The notes under the pieces are model-generated. The model was not told where the DNA came from. It did no database searches and saw nothing but the letters and a program-made list of their open reading frames with translations. This document shows positions 20,265 to 35,014 of a stretch of 64,000 bases of DNA, piece by piece. Both the position numbers and the translations under genes were made by a program. The stretch's first letter is position 1, and every line of letters begins with the position of its first letter. The stretch covers positions 938,410-1,002,409 of the forward strand of contig JAWQFM010000023.1 of NCBI GenBank assembly GCA_033442325.1. The letters are read 5' to 3'. Origin of the DNA: Salpingoeca rosetta (Eukaryota; Protista; Choanoflagellata).

Positions 20265-23200
20265 ATGCGGGAAGAACAGCTCATCACCGGTGCGTACCCT
20301 TGTTGATCGAGTTTGTGTGCGAGCGCTGCCATTGTGTGGAAGAGTTGTTTTGTCTTGTGCATGATGTGTGTTCTCGTCAGCAGTACACCCAGTACATCTC
20401 TTCTTCTCACCCAAGCGCTGACTCACCTTGAGGGACAACCCCCTTCCTTTTGCCCTCTCATCCATTCCGCAGGAGCTCCAAACAGCTCCCCATATGTTCT
20501 GGCAGACGGCTACGTTGGCACCTTCAGATTCACGGTGTGTACGTATGTGTGTGTGTTTCCTCGTGTGTGTGTATGTATGTGTGTGTGTGTGTTTCCTCGT
20601 GTGTGTGTGTGTGTGTGTTTCCTCGTGTGTGTGTCCTTGTGTGTGTTTCCTTGTGTGCGTTTCCTTGTGTGCGTGTGTGGTTTTGGTGTGTTTGGTCGAC
20701 GCTCACCGCATATACCACTACTTGCCACGACGTGTCATCTCTGTTTCAACTAGGCGTATGCTTGCGGATCATCGATCGTGTTCCTGTCGCCGGATTTCGC
20801 GCACATCCAGTCTGTGCGACGACCAAGCAACCCAAACGACATTGTGTGCATCGACTGCTCCCCACTCGACGGCAAAGTGAGTGCGCCAGCAAGTCGTCAT
20901 TCTGTGGGAACTCCTGTATTGCGTGCGCGCAGTGGACCACGTCTGCAGTGCTTGTTCCTGTTCGTGCTTCATGGTCCCCGCTTCTACATTCCGGCGTTTT
21001 TTTTGTTGGGTCAACTCAACACCGTATCACACGCCCGCGTTGCTTGTGCACAGTTGGCGGTGTCGCACGGAAACGAGGTTGTTGTGTACAAACCACACGC
21101 AGCCGCAACAGACAGCTCCACGCCTACCGAGGTGTGTTCTCTGTGTGTTTGTTTTCTAGGTGTGTGGTCCATTTGTTTCTGTGCACTGTGCACTGTTGAC
21201 TGAGTACTGCGTACTGTTAACCCTGTGCGTGCGTTCATGTTGACTGTGCGTCCGAGTTCAACCTGCTCTTGCACGCCTTCTCCCTGCTTCATGTCACCTT
21301 GGTGCGTGCATGCACAATCACCCCCCCCCCCTCATCCCTTCACCGGTGCGTCTCCATCGCCATCTGGTTGTGTGGCAGCTCGCGACGCTGCAATGGCGGG
21401 AGCACGTGGTCATCCAGTTTGACACGCACAATGTGATGAGCCTGTCGTGGGATTCGCGCGGCGGGCGCCTGCTCACCGGCGGCGACCACATCACGCTGTG
21501 GTGCGACATGGTAAGCTCCTTTAGGTGGCGCGGAGGGGTGTTGCGCGGTATGGGGACGACACGTGGGGTTGCGCGGATGGGGTGAGATGATGGGGGGGGG
21601 ATGGAGAAGAGCAATATAGAGCCACATCCACACGCTGCTTATCACACACACACATCTACTCTCAACGCACACACACACACACTCAACACACACACTCAAC
21701 ACACACACACATGCATGCGCATTGATATGTGAATGTAGGCGCTGGTGGATGATGCGTACACGGCGGCGGAGTGCAATGCAGACATCGTCAAGGGTCGCCT
21801 CGTTCCGCTCTGGATCAAAGCAACAGCCACACCAGTGCACCACCTGCACTTCTCCCCAGGTCTGCCGCATACGTGCTTGTGATGTGTGCGTGTGTGTGTG
21901 TGTGCGTGTGATGTGTGTGTGCATGTGTGTGCATGTGTGCGCATGTGTGCGTGCATGTGTGTGTGTGTGTGTTTGCATGTAAGAATGTGTCAACCCTACC
22001 CCTGTTTCCGTGTTGTGGACGTGTTGCCCTCACCCTTTGCTCCCGTGTGCTTCTGTTCGCCTCACCCTCCACTTTGCTTCTTCCTCCCTCGTTGCTCCAT
22101 CAGATGGGACGTTCTTCGTCTCTGCGGGCCCACACGACCGCCTGCCAAAGGTGGTGCACATCGGCAGTGGCAACGTGTCGCCTGCCCACACCCGATGCCT
22201 CCTCATGCTTCTCATACATGTGTTGTCACCCCTACTCTCTCGCCACTCTCACCTACACACATTCACACATACATTCACACACATTCACACACACACACAT
22301 ACACACATACACTCATGTGCTCCCCTTCAGCTGTGGTATCCGCGACACAAGCGGCGGCGCGCGCGTGACAGCAGCAGCCCGCCACCAACATATCCGCTGT
22401 TTGACTTCATCTACCTGCCGCACCCACGCGCCGTCACCTCCCTCTCATGGCGAGCAGAGCGCCCAAACGCAAGGTGTGGCTCTGTGTATGTATGTGTGTG
22501 TATGTGTGCGTATGTGTGTATGTGTATGTGTGTGTATGTGTGTGTATGTGTATGTGCATGTGTGTGTGTGATCGTGTACAACACATGTGCTTGTAGAAGT
22601 GTGAGGTGTAAGATGTGAGGGAAGGTACAAATGTACATGTGTGTGCATGTGCATGTGTTCTCGTATCGTTCCTTCCACTTGTACATGCTCACCACCATGA
22701 CATGCCCTCATGTCCTCATACCACCACCACCACCACCCTGTCGTGCGCAGGAATGCGTTGCTGACGTCGTGTGCGGACAACATGTGTCGCATTTGGACGG
22801 AGACCTCCGCCTACGAAGAGCTCGGCTTCTTCTGCGCATGTGAGCACCCTGTTCGCCCCAGTGTTGTTGCACCTGTGTTTGTACCTCTGTGTGTGTATTT
22901 GTGCGCGTGTGTGCGTGTGTGCGCGTATTTATGTGTGTATTTGTGCGCGTGTGTGTGTTTTGTATGGGTGTGTTTGCCCGTGTGTGGCATACATTTACCG
23001 ACCTTTTCACGTGTTCCTCCTCCACCTACCTCTCCAGCCAGCCATCTCACCAGCTGTCCAACTTGTCACCCATTGCATTGTTTCAGACACGATTCCACCT
23101 GACTTTCCGGAGTCGCAAGCAAACTCCGTGCAGCTTCCGTTTGTCCTCCACTGGCTCAACTTCAGGGTTAGAACAACCACACACACAACACACAACACAC

Positions 23201-24578
23201 AACACACAACACATTCTTACACGCTCCTTCTCTCTTCGTCTCCTGCTCCATTCCATGTTTGCCAGAGCTTCACCAACCCGGCCGAGCGCGCGTGGACAAC
23301 AACAGCCAGCGCCGTGTCGTCGGAACTTGCGCCAACAGCAACAGCATCCGTCGCCACAGCCGGCACCACCAACCCCACGCACCACCACGACCACGACCAC
23401 GACCACGCCTACGGCGACGACGTTACCGCTGGTCATGGTGGTGGCAATGATGGTGGTGGCAATGGTATGCGTGCGACCTCTGATCAGGCGTCACTGCGGA
23501 CGGGGGTTGAGCCTGATGCGTCACGCGATATCGTCGGCCTCAACGTCACATCACGCAGCAGGCGCGGCATGAAGTACGCCCCCGCCCCTCTCTTGCTCAT
23601 TCGAGCTATCGTGGTCATGGTGATGGTGTGCATGATTGTGATGGTGTGTGTATTTGCGAGTGTGCGTGTGAGTGGATTCATTTTTGATGCGCGTGTGTGC
23701 TTCGCTCCGCATATGCTCATGTGTATGCTGCCGTGTTTGACATCTCCCCACAAGTTACTGACTGTCGCGCACGCACGCACCCTGCTCACCCTTGCTCTTC
23801 GTCACACGGTGCACTACTGTGGTGGTAGCAGCAGTCTTGGTCGCAGCCTGTCTGCACAGCCGAGCAGCACCGCCCTCAACACCCTGGGACGCACACGCGC
23901 GGACACCCCATCCACGCAGCAGGGGCAGCACAGGGGTGGGTGCACACCGGCAATGCGTTTGCTCAATGATACGTGTGTCCATGTTTGCACTCTTCTTGCA
24001 TTTTGTGAATTCCGCATCCAATGCGTTGACCACCAACACAAAACTGCAACCACTCACAATCACACACACACTCGCACACACACGCACACACACGCACACA
24101 CACGCACACACACGCACACACGCACATACATATACCCACACACACACCACGCCAGGCGATGTGTTTGCGCCCCAGTTGCCGCGGAAAGGGCGCCACAAAG
24201 CGCCCAAGACCCTCGCTGGCCGCCGCATCCTCCCTCGCATTCGCGCATACGACGCAGTACGTTCAACAACACCCCCGTGATTGCTTGTGTGACATTGCAT
24301 GCGCGCACAGTTGACTCAAATGCAACCCCTTTTCACACCACCACCACCACCCAATACCACCACGTCATTACAGGCGCCGCCCGAGCTTGTGTTCTACGTG
24401 CGCGCTGACGGCTCGCTCGCCTTCTGGTGCGTGGACGGCCTCGATCAAAGCCCAAGGTAACAAGACGCTCAACACACACACACACATACACATACACATG
24501 CGACATGAGTGGTCGACAAGGGATGCGGTGGAATGCAGGCTGCCGCTACGTACTCACACACGTACACACACACACACA

Positions 24579-24613
<35 letters not shown>

Positions 24614-24657
24614 TGACACACACACACACACTCACTGACACACACACACACGTACAC

Positions 24658-24688
<31 letters not shown>

Positions 24689-25761
24689 TCAGGGTGCACC
24701 TGGTTGTCAAGTCGCTGTCCCGGAGCCCGCCCGTGATTCCGCTGTCGGACGCCATCTCCCCCTGCTACCGCGTCCTCGTCCACTTCCCCGACATGCATGG
24801 CGCATCGCGTGAGGTTATGGCAAGGCGTGCCGAGCAGTTCCGGCGCCTGGCCACCACCATTCGCGCGCCGACGTCCTCCCGCACCAGTGCTGCGTGTGGC
24901 AGCGGTGACGGCGATGACGACGATGGCGAGGTTGACTCGTTCCCCATCATGCTTGAGCTGCACCACTCCTCTGGTGTGCTGGCCAAGTGGCAGGTGTCGT
25001 TTGACCCCGGGTCGGCGCTCTCGTCCGTGTCCACGGTGGAGTGTCTTGCGAGGTGCGCGGGCCACACTGCTGACGTCGGTGCCGTTGTTGCCCACCCGAC
25101 ACTGCCCTGTGCTCTCTCCCTAGCCACGCACCACGGCCGCACACAGATGGTTCTCTGGAAGGTGAGATGAAGCGAAGTATTGAGGTACACCTTGAGTCGT
25201 CTTGTTCCCTGGTTTAGTGTGCTAGACTGCTCGAGTGCGCTGTTGCCCTCCATTCTTGCACACTGCTCACGCCCGTTTTTCTTGTTTTCCTTCTTGTCAC
25301 AACACCACACACACGCACACACAGGCCAACGACATGGGCGTGATACCAGAGACCGCTCGGGCGAGCGGCTTGCTGCAGCTGGCACGACTCGATGTCCCCA
25401 GCACCAGCGCGCCTGTCAAGGCCGCGTTCGTCCCATCAACACACGCCGTGGCGTGGGTGGTGCAGACGGCACGCGGGCTGGAGCTGTTTGCCCTCGACTG
25501 CCAGGCCACGCGCAGCAGGATGACAGCGCCGAAACACCAGGACAAAGTCGTGCATCGTGTCGTGCCCTGTGGTGTGCTTGTGCCACTGCAGTCGCAGGAC
25601 AACACGCCATCGTTGCCATCGTCACCATCATCATCATCCTCATCCTCATCATCGTGTACGTTTGCCGTGTCTCAACTCCGCTCGAGCGACAGCGGTGAGG
25701 CGTCTTTCCTCCTCGCCATGACAGCTCCAACCACTTCTGCCAATGTCGGCATCACCATCTC

Positions 25762-25813
<52 letters not shown>

Positions 25814-28800
25814 GTACAGCTGTACTGCGTGTCATATCACTGCTCGCCCGTGCGGACCAAGCGGGCCGTGTTTCCGCAGCACCGCCTGTCCATGCCCGGC
25901 AGCATCCTGCTCGTCACGCCACCGACGCGCGTGTGTGTACAGCGGCTCATGCCGGGTATCACGGACGCGTGTGCCGCTGATACGACCCACCTGCTCTCGC
26001 TCTCACGCCACGACGTGCTTGACCTTCGACTCGATGCGCCGTGGTCAGCCGTGTACGTTGGCGGCATCACAGCAGCAAACACCTTCTGGACAGCGCGCAT
26101 TGCACACAGCCCAGACATGCGCACGCACAGCACTGGTTGTAGCGATGGTGGCGATGGTGGCGATGGTGACGAGGTGCCTGCGTTCCCTGACGCCAGCGTG
26201 AGTGTCACCATGTTGCCTGGATTGGCGCTGAGCAACACGCTGCCGTGCAATCGCGGCGCCACCGCCGCGGCCTTCAGCTCGCTTGGGCGGCTTGCTGCTC
26301 CCATGCCAACGCCAGCAACCGATGGCACAGCCACCACAGCAGCCACCGCCACGAATGATGGTGACGATGGCAACGGTGGCGATGGCAATGGCGATGGGGA
26401 TGTGTTTGGCGACGCGTCGTTGTCGTTCCATGTGCAGGACACCTTCTCTGTTGGCGTGTGGGAGGCCCTGAGCGACCACGGCCGCTGGCGGCTCGAGTCG
26501 TGCCTCACCTTCCACAGCCAAGTGCGGCACGTGGCGTGGTGCTCCACCTCCCGCGCCAACGACCTGCTCACCGTGTCCACAACCGACGCCGTGCACGTGC
26601 TGTCCCAGACGAGCAGCAGCGTGGATGGCGCGTGGGTGGAGGTGGCACGCGTGCCCATGACCAGGACACCCACCTCCATTGCAATGCTCCCCCGCGGCGT
26701 GCTGCTCACGGCATATGGCACGCGCATCACCGTTCACTCCAGCTGGTCCGTTGCAGACACGGACACGGACGTGGCATACGTGCACGTCAGAGGGAACGCA
26801 TCACACACATCCGCAGCAGCAGCCAGTACACGCACTGGCCACGAACGCTCCCTCCTTCCCTGCATCTTCCAGCGGGCCAACGAGCACAACCGCACCCTGC
26901 CGCCCCACCACCCAAGCGTGCTGCAGCACATGCTGTGTCTTCCCAGCGGTGAGGATGCAGCAGGTGCTGTGCTGTCAAAGGTGGCGGCTGCACTCGCCAC
27001 GCTCAAGACGTCCGCTGAAGAGGCCATGTCCTACATCTATGACGATACCGCCACACGCCGCTTCCACGAGACGCGAAAGAAGGAAGGTCTGCCGTGCGTG
27101 GATGTGGGCGCCATCCCCCTGCCAGAGCTCGCACGCTTGCTCGGTGTGTCCAGCGATGGCTCGGGAAGCAACACCGCCAGCACAACCGCAAACGGCAGCA
27201 GCAGCAGCAGCACGACAACGAACAGCACGGCGGCCACGACAGCTGCTGCGGGGCTGTTTGGCGCGGGAGCGGCCCAGACCAAGGCAGACAAGTCGCTTCT
27301 GTTCTCCTCTGCAACAGCGGACGGCAGCACGGCGCTAGGCGATGTGGACGCTGCGACGCTGCTGACCAGTCCAGCCCAGCTGGCCGCCCTGACGAAATCG
27401 CTCTCACGCGTGCGCCTGGCCGGGCTGACTGACGAGGAGACGTACGCACTGCGTGGCCTGCTGTCTGCGGCGCAGGAACTGAATGCACGACGCACCTCGC
27501 TCGACGCGTGCGGGCTTCGGTTTGTCGTCAGCCTGTCCCTGTTCCGTGCACAGTGCGAGCTGGCTGCTGGCAAGTCGTCCAACGCAGCACATGGCACTTC
27601 CTCCTACTTTGGCAGCCGAGGGACCAGTACAGGTGGCGACAAGGGAAGCGGCGACGGCACCAACGGCAACACCACCACCACCACCACCACGATGCACGCC
27701 AAAGATTTCGTGTGGGCGCTGCATTCTGAAGCGCAAGACGTGCTGCTCGAGGTCGTGGCACCAGCAGTCCCACCAGGCGGTGGCGGTGGTGGCGATGGCC
27801 AGGGTGCGCTGACTTGGGCTGCCCTGCGCGCTGTTGGCTTTGGCTGGTGGGTGACCTCCATCACGCTGTTGAAGAAGACAATCGAGCGGGTGATGAAGGG
27901 CGCGTACAAGCGCGACTCAACGAGTCTGCTGGACGTGGCGCTGTTCTACGTTGCCCTGGGCAAGACAACGCTGCTTGCCGGGCTGTTCAAAGTTGCCGGC
28001 GATGATCGCATGAACGGGTTTTTCCGGCACGACTTTAAGCAGGAGAGGTGGCGCACGGCTGCGCTGAAGAACGCCTATGCGCTGCTGAGCAAACAGCGGT
28101 TCCTGCATGCTGCCGCCTTCTTCCTGCTTGGTGGGGATCTGGACGGCGCGCTGAACGTGCTGGTGAAGAGTCTTCGTGATCCCCAGCTTGCCCTCACCAT
28201 CTGCCGCCTGTGCGAGGACAGCCGTGTCGGCATTGCAACCCCAGGCAGCAAAAGTGACAACAACAACAGCAGCAGCAACACTACCACCACCATCAATGGT
28301 GGTGATGGTGGCCAGGGTGGCGACGGCGAAGACACGATGACGCCTTTGCAGAAGCTGCTGCGAGAGCGCCTGCTGCCCATGTTTGAGGCAGCGGGCGACA
28401 TGTTTGGCCGGCACATTGCACTGTGGCACCTGCGCGACTACACGGGCGCTGTGGACGTGCTGCTGAACCACCGACCCGAGCCTGCGCTGTCGCTTGATGA
28501 CGATGCTGCTGCCGGTGCGAGCAGCAAGGCATCGACATCGCATTCGCGACTGGCGAGCACAAGCAGCGTGCGCACAACAGCGAGCGAAGGGAGGGGCGGC
28601 TACAGCAGCGGCAGCAACAGCAGGAGCGCAGCGGGCCAGGGAGACACCACCACCAACCACTCGCTCACGTACCCTGCCGCTGTCACCGCATACACGCTGG
28701 CGCGACAGCTGATGGAGCACTCGCAAGTGCGAGGGAAGCGCACGCTGCGCGCACACATGTTCCTGAGTGCCGCGTATGCATACGCGCAGACGGGGCAGCC

Positions 28801-31659
28801 GCTGTTTGCCCTAACGGTGCTGCAGGAAATGGACGCACACCTTCAGACCATCACACCAGCATCAGCGAGTGGTGGTGGCGGCGATGGTGATGGTGGTGAC
28901 GGTGGCGGTGCTGGGGCCACTGTTGCTGAACCTGCGCAGCCCAAGATGGACATGCAAGACATGATCAACTCTGGCACGTTTGATTTCGGCGCGTTTTCCT
29001 TTGGAGACGACGACGATGACTTTGGTGGCGGGTTTGGCGATCCAGGGATGGCAACGGCAACGGAGAGCAGCACTGAGGCAGACACGGGGACGGCCAGAGA
29101 CGCAGATGGTGGTGCCACGGCGTCCGGTGGTGCTGACGGTGTGAGTGAGGATGTGCGGGCTGTTGAAGGCGATGTGTTTGAGGCGACGCTGCTGTGGCGC
29201 GTGGAGCTGGGCAGCGCCATCATCAGCAGCGGGCTGGCGAGCTGGCTCGATGCCACCAGCGACAGCAACAGCAACAGCAACGATGACGGTGACGGTAACC
29301 ATGGCCATGGAGGTGCAGCTGGCGATCAACACGACGCAAGCAGCGTTGTTGAGACAGGAGAGGCAAGCACTGCCGACAGCACCAACAGCAGCGAGGGCGA
29401 TGGTCATTGTAACGTGACGTGGCAGATGTCGGGCGCTCTCCTGCGCAAAACCGTTGAGGTCTTGCAATGTCTTGGGCTCTCAGCAGCGTCAACAACAACA
29501 GCAGCAGCAGAAGCAACGTCAACAACGTCAACAACAGCAACAACAGCAGCAGAAGCAGCAACGGGATCGGTTACAGATGCAAACGCTGCCGCTGCTGCCG
29601 CGGACAGGGCGTTGGCGCGTGCGTTTGAGTTTGCTGTGCTACAGCGGTCTGTACTGGGCACATTCACCACATACAACCTGGTGGAGTGCATGCACTGCCT
29701 CGTTGGCCTTGAGCCTGCACTGGTGCCTCGCCTGCTGGACCACATGTCACAGCAGCTGTTCCACTTCCTCACGCAGCGCCTCACGGAAGGCACCGGTGGG
29801 CTGGAGCCCATACACATGCGCTCGTGCCGCGTGCTGGCCGACGGTGTTGCGCGCGGCATGTGGCAGATTGCTGCGAGCGAGCGCCCGCCCGCGTGCTTTG
29901 TCACGCCAGAGCAGCTGGTGGAGTGGGTGGTGAGTGTGTACGGTGTGCTGGTGATGCTGGCGTGGGACGAGCGAAACCTGTCGTTGCTTGTACCTGCAGT
30001 GCAGCACGCGCTGCCAACGGCCCTGTACCGTGCCATCTTTGGTGTCGACATTGACAGCGCGGCGCAGGCGGCATCCGTGCTGAGCAAACCCCCGCCCGTG
30101 CTGCCGGCGACCGCGCACACGCTTGCGGAATACACGCTGCACCCGGTCAACGAGGAGCAATTCCGCACGCTGGACGGCCTGAGCGATCTGGATCAGGTGG
30201 AGGTGGGGCGGGCAGAGCGCGACACGGTGGCCATGGACGCGTCGTGGCGATACCGCTGGCGGCTGGTGGAGCTGCTGCTGTACGGCCTGATGGAGGTGAC
30301 GGTGTTTGAGCACGTGTCCTCCGCCGGCATTGATGTGCAGGAGCTTGGGCGCGCCTCAAGCAACGTGTTTGCCGTGCTGCGTGGCATTGCGCAACAGCGG
30401 CAGCAGCTGTGCGCCGACCTGCACACTTCGCCCGTGCCCAGCGAGTTTGCAGAGCTGCTGATTCGCCCGCCCGGTGCGCACCCGGCAAGCAGCGTGTTCC
30501 GCGTGCGGCAGCTGCTGCAAGACACGTCAAACCCGTTTAGCGGCCTGGATGCGCGGCGGCTGTGGTCGGTGCTGCTGGCGCACCCGCCCTTGCTGCAGTA
30601 CGTCGAGCACCTCGTGCGCGGGAACATGGAGCTGCAGCAGGCAGCGGCAGTGGCAGCAGTGGCGACAGCGGACGCAGCTGCCACTGCGTCATCGTCGTCT
30701 TCAGCAGCTGCTGCAGTAACGAAGGCTGGCGGTGAGAGTGACACAGCAGGCGGCAGTGATGATGCTGCTGCTGCGATAACCAAAGCAGCGGCGGCGGCGA
30801 CAACAAGCGAAGATGGCGGCATTGCGTGGGAGACGCTGTGCCACTTCCCCAGCGACGTGGCCTGTCTGCGTGTGATGCGCACGGGCACGATGCTTGTGGC
30901 CACCAGCAAGGACACGTATGAGTTTTCCAGCATCCAAGACCTCTATCCCGAGATGGCTGCCGGCGCTGGCGGTGGCGGTGCGACCCGCAATCAACACCAT
31001 CACCACCACCATCACCACCATCAGCACGGCGGTGTGACGCATGCGCCCTGCTGTAGCGGTCCCCTGCGTACCGTGCCAGCGCCGCTGCTGTCCAGCATCA
31101 GCCCGGACGCGTCGCCAACGTCGCTCGCGTCCCCGCACACCCCGCTCACCTCCGCCACTGTCACGCAACTGGAGACGCCTAGCGGCCCGCTACCTGTTGA
31201 GCCGCGGCCGTGGCGGGCAAAGCTCATCGCGCCACACCCCAAGTTCAAGGCGTATGTTGTGCAGGGCGACTCGCCGCACGAGCTGCTGGCACTGAAGGTT
31301 GGCGATGATTACGTGCTTGGGCGGTACATTGTTCCCAAGGACATTCGCGTGGCGTTTATTGGCTTTGATCCGCTGGGCTCGCGGCTGTTTGCTGCATCCA
31401 GCGAGGGGTTTGTGTGCTTCTGGCACTTTCGTCCAGCCGTGAAGAAGGACCACTTTCGCCGCGTGTATGTGTCCTCGCACAAGATTGACGCAATCGCAAT
31501 GGCGGCACCGTCGGTGTTTGCGTACAGCAGCGACACGCGGCTGCAGGTGCTTGACATGCTGCTGCTCTCGTCCAGGCCCGTCGTGTACGAGACGAAGTCG
31601 CCCGATGACGGCAGCATCAAGGCCCTCCACCACAGCCTCGAGCAGCACACGGTGAGTCG

Positions 31660-31717
<58 letters not shown>

Positions 31718-31731
31718 GTGTGTGTGTATGT

Positions 31732-31828
<97 letters not shown>

Positions 31829-32344
31829 CGCGCTTGTTTGCTTGTTTGCGTCTTTCTTTCTCCCTTGCTTGCTTTGGACCCTTGCATATCCCGTTGCTTT
31901 GCCCCCCTCCCCCAGCACATTTGTTGCTCACAAGTTCTTACCTCACCCCCCCCCCCATGGCCACCACCACGATGATCATCACCACCACATCTCACTGCCT
32001 TTTTCCCGCCGCAGCTGTTCTGCGCTACGAGCCGTGGGTCCGTGTTCCTGGTGGACCTGGATGTGTATCAGCGCATCAAGACCATCAACCTCTTCGACAG
32101 CAGCGTGCGTGCGCTCGCCCCGCTCGTGGGCACGTTCATGCTCGCTGTGGCCTCAGACCTGACCATCAAGGTGTTTGATGTCTCGGAGCGCCACGCGTCC
32201 AAGACCGTGGCCAAGCTTCCGTCGCGGGCAAAGGTGTTTTCCACGCCAGCCATCAGCATCACCAGCGTGCCTGGTCGCGTCTTTGTCGCCAACAACGACG
32301 CCCTTCTCACGTGCACCACAGCGCAGGTGCTGGGGCTGCTGTAG
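20265..32344 (+). CDS. DMXL: DmX-like protein / rabconnectin-3 alpha / Rav1 (V-ATPase assembly, WD40 + Rav1p_C)
   Basis: N-terminal MREEQLITG|APNS...AYACGSSIVFL, FSP|DGTFFVSAGPHDRLPK, YLPHPRAVTSLSWR, NALLTSCADNMCRIWTET. The large exon (~25325-31651) contains the Rav1p_C signature ALFYVALGK...FFRHDFKQERWRTAALKNAYALLSKQRFLHAAAFFLLGG. Last exon ends VLGLL* at 32344. Confidence 0.93.
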
Positions 32345-33235
32345 TGTGTGTGTGTATGTGTGATTGTGTGTGTTTGTACATGTGTGTGTTTGTGTTTGTG
32401 TTTGTGCATGTGTTTGTGTTTGTACATGTGTGTGTGTTTGTGTTTGTACATGTGTGTGTGGTTGTGTTCGTACATGTGTGTGTGTGTTTGTGTTTGTACA
32501 TGTGTGTGCTTGTGTTTGTTTGTGTGCGTGTGTGCGCGTGTTTGTCTGTGCATGCACCATTGTGTGCTGTTGTTTGGTCTGTGGTGAGCTGTTGTTGTTG
32601 TTACACACAAGAGTACTGCTTCCCTTCCTCCATTTGCAATAGACGAAACGCCACAACTCAGCACCGTGCGTGAGTGTGTGCGTGTGTGCTGGACTTTTGT
32701 GTGCTGGACTTGTCTCTCTGTGCATTGCGTTCATGTGCTGTACGAAGGGGAAATGAATCAAACAGAGGCAGCGAGTGAGACCGTCAAGAAGGGCAATGAA
32801 CATTAAGAAAGGATGTGCCATGCATCGTTCGTCCTTGTCACAGGGGCAACACAGACAAGGAACACTCTGTGCTACAGAGCCAACTATTGCTTCTTAAGGT
32901 GATGATGAAGGAGGGGGGAAAGGACACGAACAAAAAGGGTCATGAAGGCGACACAAGGAGCTGAAAGGCAGTACGAAACAAGCAAGCGGCATCACTTGGG
33001 ATGCACACGCACGACACACACGCACGACGCGCACGCACGCATCACAAGCATCAAGACAGGAACAAACAACGACGCAAACACAGACACAGTCACCGCACAC
33101 GAGCAGCCACATACACCACGGAACAGCAACCAAACACCAGCAACCACAGCATCCCCAAGACACCCATGTAAGCACACAGCCCATCAAAGCAAGAGCTCCA
33201 CCACCCCCAGATACAAGCTCAGCACAGCGCTGCGA

Positions 33236-34606
33236 CTATATCTGCTCTGGGCGGAAGCCGGAGCGTTGGCGCTTGTAGATGTTTGTGGTCAACTCGATGG
33301 CTTGGATGGAGGAGACAGGGCGTGACGATGTGGCAGAATTGCATGATGTTGACCCACGCGAGAGCGAGGGTGTTGTGGCCTTTGCTGGTTGCGTGTGCTG
33401 CAGCGGGTGGCTGCGAGAAGACTGCTGCGACAGCACAGGGTGGCGCGTGTCCAAGATGCGCTGCTCGTGCTGGCGGTGCCTGTCTGCGACGGGGGCAGAT
33501 ACGCCGAGCCCAACTGACGCGAATGGCGTGGCGACAAAGCTGCCAACAGGCCCTTGGTTCTTGAGGTATCTCTCCTCAAACTCGCCAACCGTCATAGTTG
33601 ACGATGCTGTGCTGTGTGCGGACGACGCGGCGCGGGGAGGTGCCGGTGAGCGGAGAGATCCACCTGCAAGTCGCGTGTCGGACGCTGATGCAGTGCTGCG
33701 CCGACGCGACCCTGGCAGGTTTGCGTTTGTCAGCCAGGGCTTTGCATACTGGCGCTGTGGCCGCGATAGGCCGTAGAACTGGCCCGCAGGCTGCTGCCGT
33801 TGCTGTTGCTGCTGTTGGAGGCGGCGGGTCTGGACGCCCCAGCCAATGGCGTCACTTGAGCGGAGCGGGATACGGGCTGTAAAGTACGACTGCTGGCTGG
33901 AGGATGTGGACGAGGTGCCCTCGCGCTGGCCCCGACGCGCAGCCGGGCGGTGGTGGTGGTGGCCATGGTGGCGGTGTCCGTCGCTGGTTGATGGCGTTGC
34001 TGTCGCGGCCATGCGCGGGCGCGAGCTTGTTGGACGACTGGATGGCGGGCGTGTTGAGCGGGCGCTGGCAGCACGGGAGGACGACGCTGATGACGCTGTT
34101 GATGATGACGGAGGCGCCGCGTGGCCCCAGCACGCCTTCGCCTTGCTTGGTGGCCGGCTTGAGCCAGGCCGGGACTCGGGCTTGACGCTTTGCGTGCGGT
34201 TGGTCTTTGGGGTTGCCGCGCTGTGGGCTCTGCTGTTGGATGGTGACAGCGGCATGGGTAATGATGACAGCGCAGCTGCTGATGAGGGTGGTGCAAGCCC
34301 GTGCGCGTCATGCTTGGAGTTGTGGCTCTGTCCGTGAGCGTGTGGCTGGGGTTTGCTTGGCGCAGAGGCTGGCTTGCGCGACTTGCTGCCCTGCCGGTGC
34401 TGCCGGTGTTGCTGCTGCTGGTGCTGCTTTCGGTTGACTGCCCGCTCTTGTTCCATGGTCCGCAAGGTCTCCTCGTCAGCATCCACCATCCACTCGAAGG
34501 TGTCCTTCCATCGCTGCTGCGCACACTTCTCCGCATGCACTGCGATCTTCCATTGCTCATCGTTGCACAGGTACTCGTCGCGTGCACGCAACCGTGTCAC
34601 GGCCAT
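33236..34606 (-). CDS. Single-exon protein with C20orf85/C2orf50 (LLC1, ciliary microtubule inner protein)-like motifs
   Basis: N-terminal NDEQWKIAVHAEKCAQQRWKDTFEWM resembles the family motif QDxxWKxxxxAExxAxxxWxxxWGFL. Downstream IPLRSSDAIGWG resembles VPxTTxGFIGWRS. The rest is S/P/R-rich low complexity. Confidence 0.6.
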   Translation of the reverse strand: MAVTRLRARDEYLCNDEQWKIAVHAEKCAQQRWKDTFEWMVDADEETLRTMEQERAVNRKQHQQQQHRQHRQGSKSRKPASAPSKPQPHAHGQSHNSKHDAHGLAPPSSAAALSSLPMPLSPSNSRAHSAATPKTNRTQSVKPESRPGSSRPPSKAKACWGHAAPPSSSTASSASSSRAASARSTRPPSSRPTSSRPRMAATATPSTSDGHRHHGHHHHRPAARRGQREGTSSTSSSQQSYFTARIPLRSSDAIGWGVQTRRLQQQQQQRQQPAGQFYGLSRPQRQYAKPWLTNANLPGSRRRSTASASDTRLAGGSLRSPAPPRAASSAHSTASSTMTVGEFEERYLKNQGPVGSFVATPFASVGLGVSAPVADRHRQHEQRILDTRHPVLSQQSSRSHPLQHTQPAKATTPSLSRGSTSCNSATSSRPVSSIQAIELTTNIYKRQRSGFRPEQI

Positions 34607-34695
34607 TGTCGCGGTGTGTGAGTATGTGTGCGTATGTGTGCGTGTGTGCGTGTGTGTGTGTGTCTGTGTGTGTGTCTGTGTGTGTGTCTGTGTGT

Positions 34696-34736
<41 letters not shown>

Positions 34737-35014
34737 TGTGTGTGTGTGTGAGTGTGTGTGTGTGTGCGAGGTAGGTTGAGGGGTAAGACAAGTTGGCTGA
34801 GGCTCTGTATGTACGATCCAGCGGGTGCGAGAGAGAGAGTGTGTGTGTGGATGTGTGCTTGCGTGTGTGAGAGTGTGTCGTCAACCACCGCGATGGTGGT
34901 GGCGGTCAAGGCGCGGCCGGTTTGGGAGGACGGCGAGGCAACCCAGCAAGCAAGCAAGGTCGGTGTGGTTGGCCTCACTGGCTGGCTGGTGTGTGTGTGT
35001 GTGTATTGGGTGTT